From Candidatus Eiseniibacteriota bacterium (lineage in GTDB: Bacteria; Eisenbacteria; RBG-16-71-46; CAIMUX01; VGJL01): a stretch of 64,000 bases of DNA. Both the position numbers and the translations under genes were made by a program. Location: contig JBHGAY010000006.1 in NCBI GenBank assembly GCA_041946735.1, forward strand, positions 64,001 through 128,000. The letters run 5' to 3'. Below the pieces are notes generated by a model. It did no database searches and had not been told where the DNA came from. It saw nothing but the letters and a program-made list of their open reading frames with translations. Each line of letters opens with the position of its first letter. Position 1 is the stretch's first letter. Below are positions 50,266 to 61,300 of this stretch, piece by piece.

Positions 50266-53200
50266 TCACCCCCCGGTAGCGCCGCCTGCGCTGCCTTCCG
50301 CGAGGCGGAGGGCTTCCTCGAGCGGCATCGCCCGTCCGGCCGCCCAGAGAGAGACGAAGCGATCGGCGCCGAGAGCGTCGCGCAGCTCGCGGACCCGGTC
50401 GTCCCAGATCGCGCGCTCCCCTTCGCCGATCGGCAATCCCATCGCCTCGTGCTGAGCCTCCGCGGCGCCGAGGAGACGCGCCGCCCGGGCGTGCTCTCCG
50501 GAGCGGTGGTCGACGGCGCCCAGCGTCGTCAGGACGGCGAGGAGCGTGACCTGCTCCGCCGCTTCTCGCGCGAGGTGCAGCGCTTCCACCGCATGCAGGC
50601 GCGCTTCGTCCACCGCGCCGCCCGCGAGGGCGATCTCGGCCAGCGCCGAGAGCGAGGCGGCGAGCTGGCGCCTCTGTCCCGTTCGGCGAAGGACGGCCAC
50701 ACCTTCCTGCGCGAGACGCCGCGCGCGCGAAGCCTCTCCGAGCTGCAGGAGGCTGTAGCTCAGATTGCGACTCGTGACCGCCTGGTTCGCGTCGTCTCCG
50801 ATCTCCCGCAGGATCGCGATCGCCCGCTCGTAGTGCGGGACCGCCTCCGTGTGATTGCCGAACCTCGCCTCCAGCACTCCGAGGTTGCAGGCGAGGGTCG
50901 CCATCGCGTGGAGCTGCCCGGCCGCCTCGTGCAGGGCGAACGACTCGGTGAGGAGGGCTCGCGAACCTTCCACGTCCCCTCGAAGATCGGCGAGGTAGCC
51001 GAGCAGGTTCAGCGCCTGCGCGATCGAGTCGCCCTCGCCGGTCGGGCGCAGCAGCGCCAGCGCTTCGCCGCCCAACTTCCACGCGCCGTCCAGGTCCCCG
51101 GTCGGCCAGAGGAGAGAGGAGGCTCCGACCATCGCGCGTCCGCGCAGCTCGGGCGGCGAGCCGGCGGCGGAGGCGAGCATCTCGGAGAAGTGGCGGTGCC
51201 CTTCGCGGAACGACTCGCTGCGAAACCAATAGCGGCGGAGCGAAAGGCAGAGCCGGATGCCGGCTTCGAGACGCGGCGCCTGGCCGGAGCCGCCTCCGGC
51301 TCGCGAAGCCCAGGCGATCGCGGCGCGGAAGTCGTCGGTCTCCGCTTCGATCGCGGCCATCGCTTGCGGCTCGACCGGACCGACCATGCGGGCGTCCGCC
51401 TCGCGGGCGAATCGCAGGAACCAGGCGAGGTGGCGATCGCGGCCGCGCGCCTCCTCGCCCGCTTCGCGAAGGCGGTCGAGAGCGAAGGCGCGCACCATCT
51501 CCGGCATTCGATAGCGAGGCGGGGAAGCCTCGGAGTCGAACTGCGCGATCGAGCGGCGCACGAGACTCTCGAGAAGGCCGAGAACCGGCTCGCCGCCAAT
51601 GGTCCCGCCTTCGCTGCTCTTCTCTTCCTCGCCGGCGCCGCCTTCGTCGGCGCAAACCGCGCGCGCGGCGTCGAGCGTCCAGCCTCCCGCGAAGACGGCG
51701 GAGCGGGCGAGGCAGAGCTGCTCGGGCGGCGAGAGCAGCCGGTAGCTCCAGTCGATCGAGGCGAGCAGCGTCTGCTGCCGCGGCAGGACGGCGGCGTCGC
51801 GCACGGAGAGCAGCCGGAAGCTTTCGTCCAGGTGGTCGGCGATCTGCTCGGGGGTGAGCGCGCTCGTGCGGGCGGCGGCGAGCTCGATCGCGAGCGGGAT
51901 CCCGTCGAGCCGGCGGACGATCCGCGCGATCGCCGGAGCGATCTCCGGCGTGACGGCGAAGCCGGGCCGCTGGCGGCACGTCCGGTCGACGAAGAGGCGC
52001 ACCGCTTCCGCATCGAGGATCTCGAGCCCCTCGCGCTCTCCCGACCGCGCGGGCGGAAGCGGCGGAACCGAGAGGGATCGCACGCGCATCGTCCTCTCGC
52101 CGGGATGTCCGAGCGGCTCGCGGCTCGTGGCGAGGATGCGCAGGCGTGTTTCCGTCCCGGCAGGGAGGAGGCCCGCGAGCAGCTCACGCACGCCGCCGAG
52201 CACGTGCTCGCAGTTGTCGAGCACGAGCAGCAGGGTCTTGCCGCGCGCGAACTCGAGCACCTGCTGGAGCGCGTCGCGCTGCTTCGATTCCGGAGCGCCG
52301 ACGGCGGAGGCCGCCGTTTCGGCGACGAGATACGGGTCCTGCAACGGGGCGAGATCGACCCACCACACGCCGTCCGGGAGCCAGCCGGCCGCCTCCTCGG
52401 CGGCGCGATGCGCGAGCCGCGTCTTGCCGCAGCCGGCCGAGCCGGTCAACGTCACGAGCCCCGGCTCGAGCAGCAGGCGGCGCATCTCCAGGATCTCCTC
52501 GCGACGTCCGATCAGGCGCGTCGGGAACGAGGGAAGATTGCCCGGCGCGTTCGCCGCAGGCCGGCCGGCGCCGTCGCTCTCGGTGGCCGGCGCCCCGCGC
52601 TCGTCGTCCGCCACGCCCCCCGCGTCCCCGGCGGCGACGCGGAAGTGCGCGGCCAGCTCGCGCGCCGAGCGCGGGCGATCGGCGGGATCGCGTGCAAGGC
52701 AGCGATCGATCGCGCGCGCGAGAGACGGCGGGAGGTCCGGGCGAAGCTCCCGCACCGGCAGGATCTCGCCGCGTCGGTGCTTGTCGATCAGCTCCGCCCA
52801 GCTCGACGCGGCGACCGGATGCCGCCCGGTCGCGAGCCGGTAATGGAGGCAGCCGAGCGCGTAGAGGTCGCTCGCGTGCGAGGCCGGTGCGGTCCCTTGG
52901 AGCAGCTCGGGGGCCATGACGATCGGGGTTCCTTGCGGACTGCCGTCCGGGAAGACGCGCTCGCGGCCGGTCGCCGTTCCGGCCCCGAAGTCCATGAGGA
53001 TCGTGCGGCCGTCGGGATCGCGCATCGCGTTCGACGTCTTGACGTCGCCGTGGATCAGCCCGGCGTCGTGCACGGCGGCGAGGGCGGCGCAGAGATCGAT
53101 GCCGATGCGGGCGACCTCCGCGGCGGGCAGCGGGCCTTCGCGCGCCAGGCGCTCCTCGAGCGTCTCGCCGCGGATGAAGTCGGTCCACATGCCGGCGCGA

Positions 53201-53730
53201 CGGTCGTGCACCTCGACCCCGTGCACGGTCAGGACGTTCGGATGGCGCACGCGGGCGAGCCGTCTCGCCTCCTCGAGGTGCTCCTCGAACGCCGCCTCTT
53301 CCGCTTCGCCCGCGAAGCGTCGCAGCTTCAGAGCCACCTCCCGGTGGAGGACCGTGTCGAAGGCGCGGAAGACCTCGCCGAAGCTGCCGGACCCGAGGCG
53401 CGAGAGGACGCGAAGCGGTCCCCAGTCGAACGGAAGGCCTGCCGCCGCGGAGCCTGCCTGCGCGGGCTGCGGTCCGTCCGGCGGCGGGACCGCCTCCGCG
53501 GGCGGGATCTCGAGCGGCTGCGCGCAGGCATCGGCGACCGAACGGATCAGGCGCATCCATTGGAGCCGGCCGGCGAGGCGCGGCTCCTGCGCGGCGAGGG
53601 CATCCCAGTCCGGCTCGCGACCGTCGGCGAGACTGCGGGCGGCGGCGAGGAGGATCGGATCCGGCGAGCGACTCTCGTGCCCCGCCGCCCCCTTTCGCTT
53701 TCCCTCTCGCTTACGCGGGCCGGTAGGCAT
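50266..53730 (-). CDS. Ser/Thr kinase - STAND ATPase - TPR protein
   Basis: LGSGSFGEV, HGDVKTSN, DFG, APE; GSAGCGKTRL, LDNCEH, LDGIPLAIELAA; TPRs. Confidence 0.92.
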   Translation of the reverse strand: MPTGPRKREGKRKGAAGHESRSPDPILLAAARSLADGREPDWDALAAQEPRLAGRLQWMRLIRSVADACAQPLEIPPAEAVPPPDGPQPAQAGSAAAGLPFDWGPLRVLSRLGSGSFGEVFRAFDTVLHREVALKLRRFAGEAEEAAFEEHLEEARRLARVRHPNVLTVHGVEVHDRRAGMWTDFIRGETLEERLAREGPLPAAEVARIGIDLCAALAAVHDAGLIHGDVKTSNAMRDPDGRTILMDFGAGTATGRERVFPDGSPQGTPIVMAPELLQGTAPASHASDLYALGCLHYRLATGRHPVAASSWAELIDKHRRGEILPVRELRPDLPPSLARAIDRCLARDPADRPRSARELAAHFRVAAGDAGGVADDERGAPATESDGAGRPAANAPGNLPSFPTRLIGRREEILEMRRLLLEPGLVTLTGSAGCGKTRLAHRAAEEAAGWLPDGVWWVDLAPLQDPYLVAETAASAVGAPESKQRDALQQVLEFARGKTLLLVLDNCEHVLGGVRELLAGLLPAGTETRLRILATSREPLGHPGERTMRVRSLSVPPLPPARSGEREGLEILDAEAVRLFVDRTCRQRPGFAVTPEIAPAIARIVRRLDGIPLAIELAAARTSALTPEQIADHLDESFRLLSVRDAAVLPRQQTLLASIDWSYRLLSPPEQLCLARSAVFAGGWTLDAARAVCADEGGAGEEEKSSEGGTIGGEPVLGLLESLVRRSIAQFDSEASPPRYRMPEMVRAFALDRLREAGEEARGRDRHLAWFLRFAREADARMVGPVEPQAMAAIEAETDDFRAAIAWASRAGGGSGQAPRLEAGIRLCLSLRRYWFRSESFREGHRHFSEMLASAAGSPPELRGRAMVGASSLLWPTGDLDGAWKLGGEALALLRPTGEGDSIAQALNLLGYLADLRGDVEGSRALLTESFALHEAAGQLHAMATLACNLGVLEARFGNHTEAVPHYERAIAILREIGDDANQAVTSRNLSYSLLQLGEASRARRLAQEGVAVLRRTGQRRQLAASLSALAEIALAGGAVDEARLHAVEALHLAREAAEQVTLLAVLTTLGAVDHRSGEHARAARLLGAAEAQHEAMGLPIGEGERAIWDDRVRELRDALGADRFVSLWAAGRAMPLEEALRLAEGSAGGATGG

Positions 53731-54334
53731 GCATCGCTTCGGTGAGGCGGACGATGGCGCGCGCGATCTGCATCCGGACGGCGTTCGCCGACGAGCGCCC
53801 GAGGGCTTGCGCGATCTCGGGATGGCTGAAGCCGAACTCGATCCGGAGGATCACCGCCTGCCGCTGCTCGTCGCTCAAGCTCGCGAGCGCGCGGTCGTAC
53901 GCCTCGAGGGCGCCGTGGCCGATCGTCCGCTCCAGCACCTGCTCGCGCGAGGCCGGCAGGTCGGTGTCGAGCGAATCGATCGGATGGCGCTGCGCGCGCC
54001 GGATCTCGTCGCGGATCACGTTGATCAGGATCTGATGCAGGTAGGACAGAAAGGCTCCTTCGCGACCCGCCTCGAACTCGCCGACCCGGTTCAGCGCGCG
54101 CAGCAGCGCGGTCTGCACCACGTCGTCGGTGTCCATCAGTCCCCGGGAATGAGCGGGGAGCCGCCCGTGTGCCCAGCGGCGCAGCCCCGGCAGGAAGCGC
54201 GCGATCAGACGGTTGCGCGCCTCGTCGTCGCCCGAGCGGATGCGGTCGAGGAGCACGCGCGTCGTCTCGAGGTCGGTCCTCGAATTGTTGGATGCGGGCC
54301 GGGCGCCCTCCGCGGGCCGGCGGGGTGGATGCAC
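53711..54334 (-). CDS. ECF sigma factor
   Basis: Region 2 DTDDVVQ..F.SYL, region 4 LSDEQRQAVILR..IAQ; GTG start after GGAGG. Confidence 0.9.
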   Translation of the reverse strand: MHPPRRPAEGARPASNNSRTDLETTRVLLDRIRSGDDEARNRLIARFLPGLRRWAHGRLPAHSRGLMDTDDVVQTALLRALNRVGEFEAGREGAFLSYLHQILINVIRDEIRRAQRHPIDSLDTDLPASREQVLERTIGHGALEAYDRALASLSDEQRQAVILRIEFGFSHPEIAQALGRSSANAVRMQIARAIVRLTEAMHAYRPA

Positions 54335-54552
54335 GCTGTCCGTCCTCCGAGTCTTGCGGGTACGGGATCCCCGGGATGGGGGGATCGGGCGGCAAGAGGA
54401 TCGGGGGACTATAGCATGCTCCGCGGCCGGCCGAGCTTGATTGGAGCGCGGGCGACGTGTAATGTCCTCTGCCGGTGGCCGATCAGGCGGTCGAACGATC
54501 GGCCCCTTCTCTTCGACTGGCCGTCCGGGGTTGGAGAGCCAGGGAGATTCCG

Positions 54553-56553
54553 ATGGCGACCGCCCGCGGAATGTTCGCTCTTCCGGCGCCACGCGCGCGT
54601 TCCCGCTCGTCCATCCCGGTCCGCGCTTTCGTTGCGTCGCTCGCCCTCTTCGCACTGTCCTGCGGTGACGATGCTGAGAAGCCGACGCCCCCCGATACGA
54701 CTCCTCCCGCTTCGGTGCAGAACCTGGCCGCGGTCTACGCGCCAGGCCGCGTGACTCTCGGCTGGACGGCGCCTGGCGACGACGGCGGGGAAGGAAGAGC
54801 GAGCCTCTACGACCTGCGCTTCGCCGGCGCGCCGCCGACCGAATCCTCGTGGGACTCGGCGACGGTGGTTCCTTCCTGCCCGGAGCCGCAGGAGGCGGGC
54901 GGCGTGGAGCATGTCGATCTTCCGGCGCTCCCGGAAGGAACGTGGCACTTCGCGCTGCGAACCGCGGACGAGGTGCCGAACTGGTCGGGGCTGTCCAACG
55001 TGGTTGTCGTGACCGTGCTGCCCCCGCCCGATCTGCTGCCCCCGGACGCCGTGAGGAACCTGATCGTCTCGTCGACGACCGACCACAGCGCGACACTTTC
55101 CTGGACCGCCTCGGGAGACGACGAGACATTCGGGACGGCGTCGGCGTACGACATCCGCTACGCGACCGCCGAGATCACGGCGGAAACCTGGGAGACGGCG
55201 ACCCCGGTCGCGCAGCCACCCGTTCCGCAGCCGGCCGGGGCCACGGAGAGCTTCACGATCGACGGCCTCGAGACGGGCGCGACGTACCACTTCGCCTTGA
55301 AGGTCGCCGACGAGCGGCCGAACTGGTCCGCGCTCTCCAACAGCGCCAGCGCCCCGATCGCCGACGTCGCGCCGCCTGCGACCGTCCGGGATCTCGCGGC
55401 GGAGCTGGGCGGACAGGGAAGCGTGACGCTGCGCTGGACTGTGCCTGGAGACGATGGACAAGCCGGGCGCGCGTCCTCGTATGATCTCCGCTACTCGACG
55501 GTCGTCATCTACGAGGAAGTCCTCGACTGGAGCTGGGAGCGCGCGACGCCGGTACCCGATACCCCGGCGCCGGGGGAACCGGGGAGCGCCGAGACGTTCA
55601 CGGTGACCGGCCTGCAGCCGGGAACGCTCTACTACTTCGCCCTGCGCGCGTTCGACGAGTCGGGCAACGGCTCGGGCCTTTCGAACGTCATCACGGGGAA
55701 CGCCTTCCCCTGGTCCCTGCATCAGCTCACGAGCAGAATCGAGTCGACCTGGCTGTACGAGCCCCAGTGGTCCCCCGACGGACAGGAGATCGCCTTTGCG
55801 CAAGGAGGGACGGGGAGTGTCGAGATCTACCGGATCTCCGCATCCGGCGGCGCTCCGGTGCAGCTCACGAGCCATCCCGGCTTCCGCAGCGGCGATCCCA
55901 CCTGGTCTCCGGACGGCTCGCGCATCGCCTTCTTCTGTTCCCCGACCGAGTATCCGGAAGGGAAGAGCGGCGATCTCAGGATCATGGACGCGGCGGATGG
56001 CGGAAACGAGAGGACCGTGATCCACGCGGACGAGGGGCTTTGGGGGTGCGCCTGGTCCCCCGACGGCGAGCGGATCGCGTACGTCGTCGGTCCCCGCTTT
56101 CTCACCATCCTGACCCCGACCCTGATTTGCGCGATTTCGCCGGAGGGAGGAGCGCCCGACACGCTGTTTCGAGGCGACTACTTGAACATTCATCCCGCGT
56201 GGTCTCCCGATGGACGTCGGATGGCGCTCGTTTCCGGCCGGGACGAATGGGCCAAGCTCTGGAACGTTCCCGCCGGAGGGGGGATCTGGGTCTACCTGGA
56301 CGGAGAGATGCGCGTGCAATGCGGGCGGCCGACGTGGTCGAGCGATGGATCGCGCATCGCCTATGATCGGCGCCACAACGACAACCTGGACATCTGGCTG
56401 ACGCGTGCGGACGGAGCGAGCGCCGTTCCCCTCATTGAAGGCCCGGCCCGCGACCTGGACGCGTCCTGGTCGCCCGACGGGAGCCGGATCGCGTTCGTGT
56501 CGGACAGGACGGGGCAGGCGGAGATCTGGATCCTCGATCTGGATCTGCGGTGA
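54553..56553 (+). CDS. Lipoprotein with three FN3 repeats and TolB-like PD40 propeller
   Basis: LSC lipobox, 3x WT.(P/S)GDD..G.AS.YD.R, repeated WSPDG. Confidence 0.88.
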   Translation: MATARGMFALPAPRARSRSSIPVRAFVASLALFALSCGDDAEKPTPPDTTPPASVQNLAAVYAPGRVTLGWTAPGDDGGEGRASLYDLRFAGAPPTESSWDSATVVPSCPEPQEAGGVEHVDLPALPEGTWHFALRTADEVPNWSGLSNVVVVTVLPPPDLLPPDAVRNLIVSSTTDHSATLSWTASGDDETFGTASAYDIRYATAEITAETWETATPVAQPPVPQPAGATESFTIDGLETGATYHFALKVADERPNWSALSNSASAPIADVAPPATVRDLAAELGGQGSVTLRWTVPGDDGQAGRASSYDLRYSTVVIYEEVLDWSWERATPVPDTPAPGEPGSAETFTVTGLQPGTLYYFALRAFDESGNGSGLSNVITGNAFPWSLHQLTSRIESTWLYEPQWSPDGQEIAFAQGGTGSVEIYRISASGGAPVQLTSHPGFRSGDPTWSPDGSRIAFFCSPTEYPEGKSGDLRIMDAADGGNERTVIHADEGLWGCAWSPDGERIAYVVGPRFLTILTPTLICAISPEGGAPDTLFRGDYLNIHPAWSPDGRRMALVSGRDEWAKLWNVPAGGGIWVYLDGEMRVQCGRPTWSSDGSRIAYDRRHNDNLDIWLTRADGASAVPLIEGPARDLDASWSPDGSRIAFVSDRTGQAEIWILDLDLR

Positions 56554-56632
56554 CCGGGGCGCGACGAAGCGGATCCGGGCGGCGCCGTCTCGACTGCTGA
56601 CCGGCGACGAAACGGGTCCCTGCTCCGCCGTC

Positions 56633-56815
56633 TCAACTGCTGACCGGCGGCTCCTTCGACCGGGTCTTCGTGATCCCGGCGACGATCCCTATGCCGGCGA
56701 GCACCAGGGCGATCACGACCATCCATTTGTCCGAGACGTGGAGCAGGCTCGCGGCGTAGAGCACTCCTGCGATGAGGATGGCGAACCCTATCCAATAGAC
56801 GAGCGTGTTCGTCAT
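56633..56815 (-). CDS. Small two-TM membrane protein
   Basis: 60 aa, two hydrophobic helices, GAAGGAG upstream. Confidence 0.7.
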   Translation of the reverse strand: MTNTLVYWIGFAILIAGVLYAASLLHVSDKWMVVIALVLAGIGIVAGITKTRSKEPPVSS

Positions 56816-56990
56816 CGGCGTTCTCTCCTTCCCCCCTCGCCTCGAGACAGCCCGATCCTGCCGGGCCTTTCCCTCAGGCTACCCCGGCGGGCGCTTGACG
56901 GAGAGGAAGGAGTGCTGCGAAGAAGCGCGAACGGTCGCTCGATGCGGGGACGGGCCGTCCGCACGCACGCACGGCGGACGGGCGGGGCGA

Positions 56991-58004
56991 TCAGGATCCG
57001 AGGCGGCGCAGGACGGCCTGCGTGAACTCCCGCGTGCCGGCGCGCCCGCCGATATCGGCGGTGATCTCCTCGGGACGTCCGTCCTGCAGCACGGCGTTGT
57101 ACGCCGCCTTGATGCGGTCGGCGACGTCGCGCTGGCCGATGTGGTTCAGCATCATCACGGCGGTCATGATCAGGGCGAGCGGGTTGGCCTTGCCCTTCCC
57201 CGCGATGTCCGGCGCGCTGCCGTGCACCGCCTCGAAGATCGCGCAGTCGTCCCCGATGTTCGCTCCCGGCACGACGCCGAGGCCGCCGACCAAGCCCGCG
57301 CACAGGTCGCTCACGACGTCGCCGTAGAGATTCTCGAGGAGCAGAATGTCGAAGCGGGTCGGATCGCGCACGAGCTGCATGCAGCCGTTGTCGATGATGA
57401 TCTCCTCGTACTCGATCCCGTCTCCCTCGATCTCGTGGATGCGGCGGGCGCTGTCGATGAAGAGTCCATCGGACATCTTCATGATGTTCGCCTTGTGGAA
57501 GACGGTCACCTTGCGCCGCCCGCGCTCGCGCGCGTAGCGGAACGCGAAGCGGGCGATCCGCTCGCAGGCGTCGCGCGAGGCGATCTTCAGGCTTTCGACG
57601 ACCCCCGGGACCACCTCGTGCTCGATTCCCGAGTAGAGCCCTTCGGTGTTCTCGCGGATGACGACGATCTCGACGTTCTCGTAGCGAGTGCGCACGCCGG
57701 CGAGCGAGCGGATCGGACGCACCGCCGCGTAGAGGTGGAAGCGTTTCCGGAGCTGGACGTTCACGCTCGCGAAGCCCCGCCCGACCGGAGTCGTCACCGG
57801 ACCCTTGAGCGCGAGCCGGATCTTCTCGATCGCGTCCAGGGTCTGCTTCGGCAGCACCTCGCCGTACTTCTCGGCCGCGGCCGCTCCCGCTTCCAGCCGG
57901 ATCCAGTCGATCTCGGCGCCGGCCGCGCCCAGCACCTCGAGCGTCGCCTCGGTCACCTCCGGCCCGATCCCGTCTCCGGGGAGCAGGCAGACCGTCCTGC
58001 GCAT
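56991..58004 (-). CDS. Isocitrate/isopropylmalate dehydrogenase family (NAD-IDH-like)
   Basis: PGDGIGPEV, SVNVQLRK, RENTEG, HKANIMK, NLYGD..SD, EAVHGSAPDIAG. Confidence 0.92.
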   Translation of the reverse strand: MRRTVCLLPGDGIGPEVTEATLEVLGAAGAEIDWIRLEAGAAAAEKYGEVLPKQTLDAIEKIRLALKGPVTTPVGRGFASVNVQLRKRFHLYAAVRPIRSLAGVRTRYENVEIVVIRENTEGLYSGIEHEVVPGVVESLKIASRDACERIARFAFRYARERGRRKVTVFHKANIMKMSDGLFIDSARRIHEIEGDGIEYEEIIIDNGCMQLVRDPTRFDILLLENLYGDVVSDLCAGLVGGLGVVPGANIGDDCAIFEAVHGSAPDIAGKGKANPLALIMTAVMMLNHIGQRDVADRIKAAYNAVLQDGRPEEITADIGGRAGTREFTQAVLRRLGS

Positions 58005-58394
58005 GGCGTTCCTCCTCGCACGTGGCCGAGCCGCTGCGGCCACGGCCGATCTTCCGTTCGCGCCGATCGGCGACCGGGGGACGGCTGCCTGGCGCGCTCG
58101 CGCGCGGCCTCGTGCCTGCGTGCCCGCGCGAATGGCAGAGTGTAGCAGCCGGCCGCCCGGACCCGGCCCCGAACTTCCCGAGCGCGGGTAGACGCCGGCG
58201 CCTCGTGTGAGGCCGCACGCTCTCTTCAACGTTCTCTCCTCCGGCGCCGTCTGGTTGACTACGAGTCTCGCGACAGGCGGCGAGACCGGCGGAGCCTTGC
58301 GAGGGAGGCCCGCGAGGGGCCGGGGGCTCCCTTTCCCATGAGGACGACAGGCGCCCGGGCGGCAGCCGGGGCGAAAAGCCAGGAAGGAAGAACC

Positions 58395-61300
58395 ATGAAG
58401 AGGCATCGGACCCCCAGCGCAGCGCCGGCGGGCGCTCCCCACATCGCGGCCGCGTCGCGCATTGCGACCGCGCTCTGCATCGCCGCCGCCCTTTGCGTCG
58501 CGGTGGCTGCTTCCGCGGCGGCCCGCCCCGGATACCTGCGGTACCCCGACATCCGGGGAGAGACGGTCGTCTTCACGGCCGAGGGCGACCTCTGGATCGC
58601 TCCGGTCGCTGGCGGGGAGGCGCGGCGCCTCACCTCGCACCCTGGCAACGAAGTCCTTGCGAAGTTCTCGCCGGACGGGAAGTGGATCGCCTTCGCGGGC
58701 GACTACGACGGCAACCGGGATCTGTTCGTCGTGCCGGCGACGGGCGGCGAGCCGGTGCGTCTCACCTGGCACCCGGCGGCCGACGAGCCGATGGGATGGA
58801 GCGCCGACGGCACGCAGATCTACTTCCGCAGCTATCGCCAGCAACCGAACCTCGGTTGGTTCGCCTATGCGATCCCGGCGAAGGGCGGGGATCCCGTCCC
58901 GCTCGACATCGGATGGATGGTGAACCTCGCGGTCGATCCCGCCACCGGCGCCTACGCCTTCACGCGCAACGGCGGCGGCGGCACCTGGAAGCGCTATCGC
59001 GGCGGCACGGCCGACGACATCTGGGTCGGCGATCCCTCCCGCGCCGACTTCCGGGCGGTCACGAGCTTCCCCGGAATGGACGCCTTCCCGATGTGGTCCG
59101 GCGGCAGGATCTACTTCCTCTCGGATCAAGGCGGGACGGCGAACGTCTGGTCGATGAACCCCGACGGCAGCGGCCGGAAGCAGTGGACCGACCTCCGCGA
59201 CTGGGATGCGCGCTGGCCTTCGATCGATCCCGGCAGCGGCCGGATCGTCTTCGTGGTCGCGGGCGACCTGCACCTTCTCGATCCGGCCAAAGGGACGGAG
59301 AGCGCGATCGCGATCGACCTTCCCAGCGAGAGGAGCCTGACGCGCACGCGCTACCCCGAAGCGGAGCGCTACATCACCGGCTTCGCGCTCGCGCCCGACG
59401 GAGAGCGTGTCGCGATCCAGACTCGCGGCGAGATCTTCTCGGTCCCGGCCGAGGACGGCGTGACGCTGCCGATCACGCGGGGGAGCGGCGCGCGCGAGGA
59501 CCGCGTGAACTTCGATCCGAAGGGGGAGCGGGTCGCCTACGTGACCGACCAGAAGGGCGAGCAGCAGATCGTGACCGCGGACGCCTGGGGGCGCGGATCC
59601 GTCCGCGAGGTGACGAAGCCGGGCTCGAGCGCCTGGCACTTCGCGCCGATCTGGTCCCCGGACGGGAAGTGGCTCGCCTACGCCGACCAGACGCACACGC
59701 TCTTCGTCGTCGACGCGAACGGCGGAGATCCGCGCAAGGTCGACCATGCCGAGCAGGGGGAGATCTACGACTACTCCTGGAGCCCGGACGGCCGCTGGCT
59801 CGCGTACTCGAAGCCCAACGATCTCCAGTACCGCTCGATCTTCGTCTACGACACCCGCGACGGCGGGACCCATCGCATCACCGGCTGGACGACGAGCGAC
59901 TCGAGTCCCGCCTGGGATCCCGAAGGGCGCTACCTCTATTTCCTCGGCGACCGGACGATCAATCCTGTCGTCGATTGGGGAGTGTGGGACTTCGAGACGA
60001 TCCTGACCGCCTCGACGCGCCCCTACGCGGTCCTGCTCCGCGCCGACGTGGACAATCCAGTGGCGGAGACCGAGGGGATGCCGCCGGACGAGTCGAAGAA
60101 GGAGGAAGCGTCGTCGTCGAAGGGTGGCGAGAAGGCCAAGGGCGGCGAGAAGGCCAAGGATGGCGCGAAGTCGAAGAAGAGCGACGACGAGGGGGCGATC
60201 GAGCCGATCGCGATCGACTTCGCCGGGATCGAGGATCGATTCGTCGAGCTGCCGGTCGAAGCGGGCCGCTACGTGGCCTTGACGGCGACCGGCGAGAAGC
60301 TCTTCTTCCTCTCCCTGCCGCTCCGCGGATTGCTCGACGAGGGCCAGGATCAGGAGGAAGGCGGCGTCGCCGGCGACCTGCTCGCCTACGACCTCGAGAA
60401 GAAGGAAGCGAAGCCGTTCGTGAAGGGGGTGCGCAGCTATGACCTCCAGCCGAAGAGCGGCAAGATGGCCGTCCTGAAGGGACGGAGCGAGCTTTTCGTC
60501 CTCGACGCGAACTCGCCTCCCGGCGACGACCTCTCCGAGAACCAGGTTGCCCTCGGCGGGATGGTGGTGGAGCTCGATCCCCTCGAGGAATGGCGCCAGA
60601 TCTACTACGAGGGATGGCGCTACATGCGCGACTTCTACTGGGACGCGGGGATGCACGGCGTCGACTGGGAGGCGGTGCGCGACCACTACGCGACGCTCCT
60701 GCCCCGGCTGGCCACGCGCGACGACCTGGGCGATCTGCTGGCGGAGATGATCGGCGAGCTGTCGACGTCCCACACCTACATCTGGGGCGGCGATCGGGGT
60801 GTCACCTCTCCGCAATGGCCGGCGGGACTGCTCGGCGCCGATCTCGTGCGCGAGGGATCCGCCTTCCGCGTCGAACGAATCTATCGCGGAGACCCGGCGG
60901 ACCGCGTTCGCTCGCCACTCTCCGAGCCCGAGGCGAACGTGAAGGAAGGGGAGTACGTCCTCGCCGTGAACCACCAGCCGTTCCGCGAAGGGGTGCCGTT
61001 CGAGGCGACGATGCAGAACCTCGCCGGAAAGCCGGTCGTCCTCACGGTCAACACGAAGCCGGCGATGGAGGGCGCGCGCGACGTCGTCGTGAAGCCGGCC
61101 GCCTTCGGCCCCGAGGCGGAGCTGCGCTACAAGGACTGGGTGCGGCGCAACCGCGAGTATGTCGCGGAGAAGACCGGGGGCAGAATCGGCTACGTGCACA
61201 TTCCCGACATGGGCGGGCGCGGGCTGAAGGAGTTCGACACCTGGTTCTATCCGCAGCTCGACAAGGAAGGGATGGTGATCGACAACCGCTGGAACGGCGG

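Noticed and set aside
50449..53745. Very long antisense or alternative-frame ORFs (also 8372-9973, 11470-13605, 14626-16701, 39526-42885, 58005-61199)
   Set aside because: Shadow ORFs expected from high-GC codon bias opposite well-supported genes; no recognisable motifs.
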